Origin: Nitratidesulfovibrio vulgaris str. Hildenborough
GTDB lineage: Bacteria; Desulfobacterota; Desulfovibrionia; Desulfovibrionales; Desulfovibrionaceae
DNA length: 32,000 nucleotides
Assembly (NCBI RefSeq): GCF_000195755.1
Contig: NC_002937.3
Span: 360,001-392,000 of the forward strand
Direction: 5' to 3'
This document shows positions 27,393 to 32,000 of the stretch, one piece after another. Numbering within the stretch: the stretch's first letter is position 1; each line of letters starts with the position of its first letter. A program made the position numbers and the translations under genes. The notes under the pieces are model-generated. The model was given only the letters and a program-made list of their open reading frames with translations. It did not search any database and was not told the DNA's origin.

Positions 27393-27457
27393 GGGGGGCG
27401 GCCTCCGGGCTGGTGCGCCTTGCGGCGGTGGGGGGTGCCCGGGCACGAGTGTACCAG

Positions 27458-27492
27458 CCGTGCCGGGCGCGTATGGACGGCACCCGGCACGG
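27458..27492 (-). terminator. Stem-loop immediately downstream of the SDR gene stop
   Basis: ccgtgccggg-15 nt-cccggcacgg forms a 10-bp perfect stem 10 nt past the stop at 27502. A second short palindrome, gtgcccgggcac, lies at about 27435-27446. Confidence 0.4.
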
Positions 27493-27501
27493 CGGCGAAG
27501 T

Positions 27502-28416
27502 CTATTCGTCCTTGCTGACCAGATACCCGCCCACGTCGTGCATGTCGGGGTGCATCTCGCGGTGCACGTCCTCCATCACGCGCAGGATGCCCTGTCCGAG
27601 GTCTGTCGTCAGGATGGGCGTCATCTTCTTGCCCACCTTGGGCATGAAGGCATACGGCGTTATCTGGTAGTGCCCGCTGTTGGGGTCGTGCTGGTAGACG
27701 ACCTCGATGTCCTTGCCGAGCATCTCGCCTATCATCTTGAACAGGTCGCCCACGCGCATGGGCTGGTTGCCCGAGAGGACGATGTTCTCGTTGGCGTATT
27801 CCGGCTTCAGCACCTCCACGGTGCACAGGGCCGCATCCTCGACGTGGATGTACTCGCGCAGCGCCGTGGGGCTGCCGTAGTAGGTGATGGCGCCCTTCTC
27901 CAGCGCCTCGGCCACGAAGCGGTTGATGGCGTTGCGGATGTCGGCACGCGAACCGTAGAGCGAACCGTAGCGCAGGATGGTGTAATCGAGACCGTGCATG
28001 GCCTGATAGTTCTCGATGTACAGTTCGCACGCCTGCTTGCTGCAACGGTAGAACCCGCCCGACTTGCCGTACACGTACAGCGAACTGGCGAAGACGTAGC
28101 GCTTCACCCCGGCCTTGCGGCAGGCTTCCAGCGCGATGACGTTGCCAAGCACGTTGATGCGCGCGGTGTCGACCGGGCGGCGGTTGGCCTCGCCGATGTC
28201 GGCGATGCCCGCGTAGTTGAAGACCATGTCCGCGCCTTCCACGGCACGGGCAACCAGTTCCTCGTCGAGGATGTTGCCGGTGATCATGGTCTGGTCGGGA
28301 CGAAGGTAGGGCGAGGGCCGCAGGTCGACCACGGTCACGTCATGCCCGGCCTCGGAAAGCTTGTCGCACACATGTGAGCCGAGAAAACCGGCTCCGCCGA
28401 AGAGCGTTATCTTCAT
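27502..28416 (-). CDS. NAD-dependent epimerase/dehydratase (extended SDR), 304 aa
   Basis: MKITLFGGAGFLGSHVCDKL carries GxxGxxG. It also has FASSLYVYG and FYRCSKQACE (YxxxK). It starts 2 nt after the aldolase stop, and it is the C-terminal part of ORF 27502..29142. Confidence 0.85.
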   Translation of the reverse strand: MKITLFGGAGFLGSHVCDKLSEAGHDVTVVDLRPSPYLRPDQTMITGNILDEELVARAVEGADMVFNYAGIADIGEANRRPVDTARINVLGNVIALEACRKAGVKRYVFASSLYVYGKSGGFYRCSKQACELYIENYQAMHGLDYTILRYGSLYGSRADIRNAINRFVAEALEKGAITYYGSPTALREYIHVEDAALCTVEVLKPEYANENIVLSGNQPMRVGDLFKMIGEMLGKDIEVVYQHDPNSGHYQITPYAFMPKVGKKMTPILTTDLGQGILRVMEDVHREMHPDMHDVGGYLVSKDE

Positions 28417-28418
28417 GG

Positions 28419-29201
28419 TCACTTCCGTTCTGCTGTAGGGGCGGGGCACTGTGCCCCGTGGTAGAGGAACACGGCGTCGATGCCGTAGGCGATGAAGCGG
28501 TAGCCTTCGGCCACCTTGGCGCGTACCAGCGCCTCGTCCGGCTGGACGATGTGCAGGCCCATGGGCACGCCGTGTGCCACGGCCTTGTCGCGGATGCGGT
28601 CGAGCGCGGCCTTGAAATCGGGGTGGTCGAACTGTGCCGTCAGCCCCATGGACCCGGAAAGGTCGTAGGGGCCGACCATGATGGCGTCGAGGCGCGGGTG
28701 CGCGAGGATGGCGTCGAGGTTCTCCACGGCGCGGATGTGCTCTATCTGGGCCACGAACACGAGGTCGCGCGCGGTGGTGTTGCGGTAGGCGTCGAACTCG
28801 CGGCCGAAGAGGTTGCCCCGGCAGTAGCCCACGCCGCGGATGCCCGAAGGCCCGTCGGTGCGCGGGTACAACGCCCATCCGATGGCGGCGTCGAGTTGTT
28901 CGCGCGTTTCGATCATGGGAAAGATGATGCCGTGTGCGCCCGAATCGAGCGCGGCCTTGATGTCGGTCAGCGTCGCTTCGGCCACGCGGGCGAACGGTGC
29001 CGTGCCGCCGAGTTCGATGGCGCGGAACAGGTCGGGCAGCATGGCGCGGGTGAAGGCGGCGTGCTCGAGGTCGACCGCCACCCAGTCGTACCCGGCGCGG
29101 CCCAGTATCTCGGCCACGTCGGTGGAGGGCAGTTGCATCCATGTGCCGATGGTGGCTTCGCCCCGTTGCATCTTGGAGCGGATATCGTGTGCGGTAGTCA
29201 T
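28419..29201 (-). CDS. HpcH/HpaI-family class II (pyruvate-dependent) aldolase, 260 aa
   Basis: It has GTWMQLPSTDVAEILGRAGYDWVAVDLEHA, GIIFPMIETREQL, FVAQIEHIRAVENLDAI and AIMVGPYDLS, the divalent-metal and pyruvate-binding motifs of HpcH/HpaI/GarL-type aldolases. Confidence 0.85.
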   Translation of the reverse strand: MTTAHDIRSKMQRGEATIGTWMQLPSTDVAEILGRAGYDWVAVDLEHAAFTRAMLPDLFRAIELGGTAPFARVAEATLTDIKAALDSGAHGIIFPMIETREQLDAAIGWALYPRTDGPSGIRGVGYCRGNLFGREFDAYRNTTARDLVFVAQIEHIRAVENLDAILAHPRLDAIMVGPYDLSGSMGLTAQFDHPDFKAALDRIRDKAVAHGVPMGLHIVQPDEALVRAKVAEGYRFIAYGIDAVFLYHGAQCPAPTAERK

Positions 29202-29359
29202 GTCGTTCTCGGTACGCGTCCGTGGCGCGTGGGTCGCCGTCGTGCGGTGTGCGCGGCGGTATCGGAGATGGCGAGGCGACCGCGACTGTCGCGGCGCTTC
29301 ACGGTGTCCCGGCAGGGCGCGGCTGCGCGATGCGATGTCGGGGCTTTTCAGGCGGTGGC

Positions 29360-29388
29360 AGTATATCCTTGCGTGATGTCGGGTGCAA
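29360..29388 (-). promoter_or_regulatory. Candidate sigma-70 promoter of the aldolase operon
   Basis: The minus strand reads TTGCAC-17 nt-TATACT. It lies about 160 nt upstream of the aldolase ATG at 29201. Confidence 0.5.
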
Positions 29389-29561
29389 TAACCCTTGCGG
29401 GGGCTTGGGGGCGAAAGACATCGGCCGGGTGGAACAGAGATGGTGCCGGGAGGGAGAGGCGGGGATGATGGCGTACCCCGCTTTTGCCGGGGCTGTACCT
29501 CGCGGAGGGGACACCGGCTGCATCGGCTGGCACTGCGTCATGTGTCGGCCGGTGAATGACG

Positions 29562-29599
29562 CCCCTGCCTGCGGCCTGTGCACAGGCCGCAGGCAGGGG
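29562..29599. terminator. 38-bp perfect palindrome downstream of the MCP gene (probable terminator)
   Basis: cccctgcctgcggcctgtg|cacaggccgcaggcagggg gives 19 bp per arm with no mismatch. It lies 70 nt past the MCP stop, and neither strand has a U-tail. Confidence 0.5.
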
Positions 29600-29668
29600 G
29601 CTGATACTCCAGTGTCTGTCCCTTCCGCAGGGTGGCCGGGTGGCGTCCGGTAGCCCCTTTGCGCCGGG

Positions 29669-31483
29669 TCAGCTACGGGCCTTGTCGTTGAGGTCGGCCA
29701 TGAGGCCGCGCAGGATGCCCGTCTTGTCCTCGATGCCCCGGATGGCCGTATCGGCCTCAGACAGCAGCGAGCCGTTGTCGCGTGCGACGGCGTCTATCTC
29801 GGCGATGCTGCGGGTTATCTGCTCCGATGCGGCGGACTGTTCCTCGGCTGCTGCGGCGATGGCCTGAACCTGTGCCGCTGCGGCGTCTGTCATGCGCAGA
29901 ATCTCACCGAGGGTGGCGGCGGACTGTCCGGAACGCTCGGCAGCGGCGCGGATGGCCTTCAGGGCATCTTCCATGCTCGCCACGTTGGAACGGGTAAGTG
30001 TCTGGATGTTGCGCACGGTGATGCCCACCTCGCCGGTGGCCTGCATGGTCTTCTCGGCAAGCTTGCGCACCTCGTCGGCCACGACGGCGAACCCTCGTCC
30101 CGCCTCGCCCGCACGGGCCGCCTCGATGGCGGCGTTGAGGGCCAGCAGGTTCGTCTGGTCGGCGATGTCGTTGATGACGTTGACCACCTTGTCGATGGCG
30201 GCGGACTGGGCGTCGAGTTTGCGCATGTCGTCGGCCAGACCTGTGGCCACGGTGTCAAGCGACTGCATGGCATCGAGCGTGGCCTTGACCGAGTCGACCC
30301 CCTCGCGGGCCTTGTCGCGGGTGAGGGCCGTCTGTTCGGCTGCGCCTGCAGCACTGTGGGCCACGTCGAGAACCGTCGCGTTCATCTGGCTCATGGCCGT
30401 GGCGGTCTCGCCCACCCGTTGCAACTGGATGCCGGACCCACTGTTGATGGAACCCGACAGGGCGGCAAGACGGTGCGAGTCGGTGTCGAGGTCGGTCGTG
30501 ACCTCGCCGAGGCGCACGGCGGTGCTGGACATCCCCTCGCGGGAGGCGAGGGCCACACGGGCCATCTCGTCCGCACGGGCAGCCGCTTCAAGGGCACTCT
30601 GGGTCTGGCGTTGCGCCTCGGCCTCCTTGGCATGGAGTGCTGCGAAGTTGTCGCGCAGGGTCGTCACCATGTCGGCGAGGGCGCGTTGCAGGGTGGCGGC
30701 CTCATCCCTGCCCGACGTGTCGAGGGTGATGTCGAGTTCACCCGCCGTGATGCGCGTGGCGGCATGGGTCGCCGCAGCGAGGGGCCGCACGATGGAACGG
30801 GTCAGGGCCATGGCTGCGGGGACGCCCAGAAGCAGCAGCACCGCAAGCACCACACCGAGGGTGATGAGGGTCTCGCGCTGGCTGATGTCCGTCATGGTGG
30901 CGTGCAGGGTCTCGCGCGCGGCGTCGATGTTGTCGATGTAGATGCCCGTGCCAATCCAGTAGCGTGTGCCGGGAATGGCCTCGGCATATCCCAGTTTGGA
31001 GAGGTCGCCCTTGCCCGGTTTGGGAAAGACGAAGGTGACGAACCCGCCGCCGCTCGCCGCCACCCGCGCGAGTTCACGTACGTAGTACACGCCTTCGCGG
31101 TCGGTGGTGTTGCCGAGGTCCTTGCCGATGAGTTGTTTCTGGGTCGGGTGGGCGGCGTTGACCGTACCCGTGTAGACGAAGAAGTAGCCGGAGTTGTCGC
31201 TTTCGAAACGCGCCTTCTCGATGGCGTCGGCGATGATGGCGAGTTTCTCCTCGTCGGTCTGTACGCGGGCGGTGAGTACCTCCAGCGACAGGGCCGTGGA
31301 GTGGGTGATGGACTGGATGCGGTTCTTCTGTTCGTCAAGCAGCATGGTCTGCGAGGTGGAGACACCTGCGGCTGTCACTCTGGCGATGGTGCCGTAGAAG
31401 GCCGCTACGATGCAGACGATGCACAGCGCCATGACGGTGAAGAGCGCCGTCATGCGTGTGGCGATGGAATAGTTGCGTAGCAT
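29669..31483 (-). CDS. Methyl-accepting chemotaxis protein with a periplasmic single-Cache-like sensor, HAMP and MA domains (604 aa)
   Basis: It has two TM segments ([19 protein letters not shown] and [22 protein letters not shown]). The Cache-like core is [14 protein letters not shown]...[11 protein letters not shown]...YWIGTGIY. The signalling hairpin is [39 protein letters not shown] chose the ATG at 31483 because the upstream part of the ORF is not protein-like. Confidence 0.9.
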   Translation of the reverse strand: MLRNYSIATRMTALFTVMALCIVCIVAAFYGTIARVTAAGVSTSQTMLLDEQKNRIQSITHSTALSLEVLTARVQTDEEKLAIIADAIEKARFESDNSGYFFVYTGTVNAAHPTQKQLIGKDLGNTTDREGVYYVRELARVAASGGGFVTFVFPKPGKGDLSKLGYAEAIPGTRYWIGTGIYIDNIDAARETLHATMTDISQRETLITLGVVLAVLLLLGVPAAMALTRSIVRPLAAATHAATRITAGELDITLDTSGRDEAATLQRALADMVTTLRDNFAALHAKEAEAQRQTQSALEAAARADEMARVALASREGMSSTAVRLGEVTTDLDTDSHRLAALSGSINSGSGIQLQRVGETATAMSQMNATVLDVAHSAAGAAEQTALTRDKAREGVDSVKATLDAMQSLDTVATGLADDMRKLDAQSAAIDKVVNVINDIADQTNLLALNAAIEAARAGEAGRGFAVVADEVRKLAEKTMQATGEVGITVRNIQTLTRSNVASMEDALKAIRAAAERSGQSAATLGEILRMTDAAAAQVQAIAAAAEEQSAASEQITRSIAEIDAVARDNGSLLSEADTAIRGIEDKTGILRGLMADLNDKARS

Positions 31484-31770
31484 GTCTCTCTCGCAGGTTC
31501 TGGGGGTGATGGGGGCGCTGGCCTGAACGTGCGACACAGGTATCTGTCCGCCGTTACGTGCCGGTGAAAGAACGTAGACTTTACCTGCAAATGCCACGAA
31601 GGCAATGGGGGATGTGGAGTATACTGGTGTGGTGTAAGGCTGCGCTCCCGTACTGCGATACTGTCATATGGTGGGGTGGCATGACGTTCACGGTATGGTG
31701 GCAGGGAGGGTGATGCCGTTCAGGACATGGTGTCCGCGAGCAGATGCCGGACTGGCTGTGCATGCTGATG

Positions 31771-31803
31771 AAGTGCCACACGGTGTGTTCCCGTGCGGCA
31801 CTT
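31771..31803 (-). terminator. Stem-loop downstream of the partial membrane-protein gene
   Basis: aagtgccacacgg-tgtgttc-ccgtgcggcactt forms a 13-bp stem with one mismatch, 27 nt past the stop at 31830. Confidence 0.4.
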
Positions 31804-31829
31804 CAGTGTTCTTTCCGGTCGCAGGATCC

Positions 31830-32000
31830 TTATCTGTTGCGACGCAGTCTGCCGAGGGCGCGCGTGGCAAGCCCGGTCAGGTCGGCCCGTGTCAGGCCTG
31901 CGAGAGGCGGGAACAGGAGAACCCCGCCGCCTACGATGCACGAGTAGAGCACGCCCGAGACGAAGAAGCGGACGATGGCCGTGGCATCGCCGAGGCCCAT
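31830..32000 (-). CDS. C-terminal fragment (at least 56 aa) of a membrane protein; the gene probably begins beyond the window
   Basis: The minus-strand frame reads (M)GLGDATAIVRFFVSGVLYSCIVGGGVLLFPPLAGLTRADLTGLATRALGRLRRNR*. GC3 is high, with a hydrophobic helix and a basic tail. It is not in the ORF track (<60 aa, at the edge). Confidence 0.4.
   Translation of the reverse strand: MGLGDATAIVRFFVSGVLYSCIVGGGVLLFPPLAGLTRADLTGLATRALGRLRRNR

Noticed and set aside
25345-28377. 1010-aa plus-strand ORF across the glycan cassette
   Set aside because: It is antisense to four well-supported minus-strand genes and runs through an intergenic repeat region. The translation is low-complexity (runs of G/A/H/V/D).
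31618-31625. AGTATACT palindrome (TATACT on both strands) upstream of the MCP gene
   Set aside because: No acceptable -35 lies at 16-18 nt on either strand, so I cannot support a promoter call. I also looked for a sigma-28 motif (TAAA-N15-GCCGATAA) here and found only TAAA with a non-matching -10.

Overview
High-GC (roughly two-thirds G+C by eye) bacterial chromosomal window, densely coding. Gene content and order look like a Desulfovibrionaceae sulfate reducer; this is recalled synteny and is not verifiable here. The order is flgC-flgB, a TPR gene, a WbpP-type epimerase, coaX, eno, folD, hypD-hypE, polysaccharide genes, a PAS/GAF histidine kinase with a REC-HDOD regulator, an HD protein, ddl, waaA and an MCP. 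I found no rRNA, tRNA, CRISPR array, transposase, integrase or phage genes. Many long ORFs in the track are antisense shadow ORFs typical of GC-rich DNA and are rejected.

The most interesting part is an eight-gene minus-strand cassette (20770-29201) lying convergent to waaA. It encodes an HpcH/HpaI-type pyruvate aldolase, an extended SDR, a KdsB/NeuA-type cytidylyltransferase, an LbH acetyltransferase, a D-2-hydroxyacid dehydrogenase, an HAD phosphatase, a 638-aa orphan protein with a GT-B-like C-terminal half carrying a KPHP motif, and a DegT-type aminotransferase. This has the enzyme logic of CMP-ulosonic acid pathways (Kdo/Kdn/legionaminic-like), but no PEP-dependent synthase is visible. 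I propose, as inference only, an aldolase-based route to an uncharacterised CMP-activated keto-deoxy sugar acid plus its transferase.

The cassette is interrupted by a 312-nt gap with 10-bp and 12-bp tandem repeats and a G8 tract. Other observations:
- Divergent sigma-54-type promoters between flgB and the TPR gene.
- Two sigma-70-like promoters sharing a TATACT -10 in front of two polysaccharide operons.
- A 38-bp perfect palindrome after the MCP gene.
- Two low-complexity insertions in WaaA.
- Several stop/start-overlapped gene pairs.

All functional calls come from reading the translated ORFs for family motifs. No database search was run.
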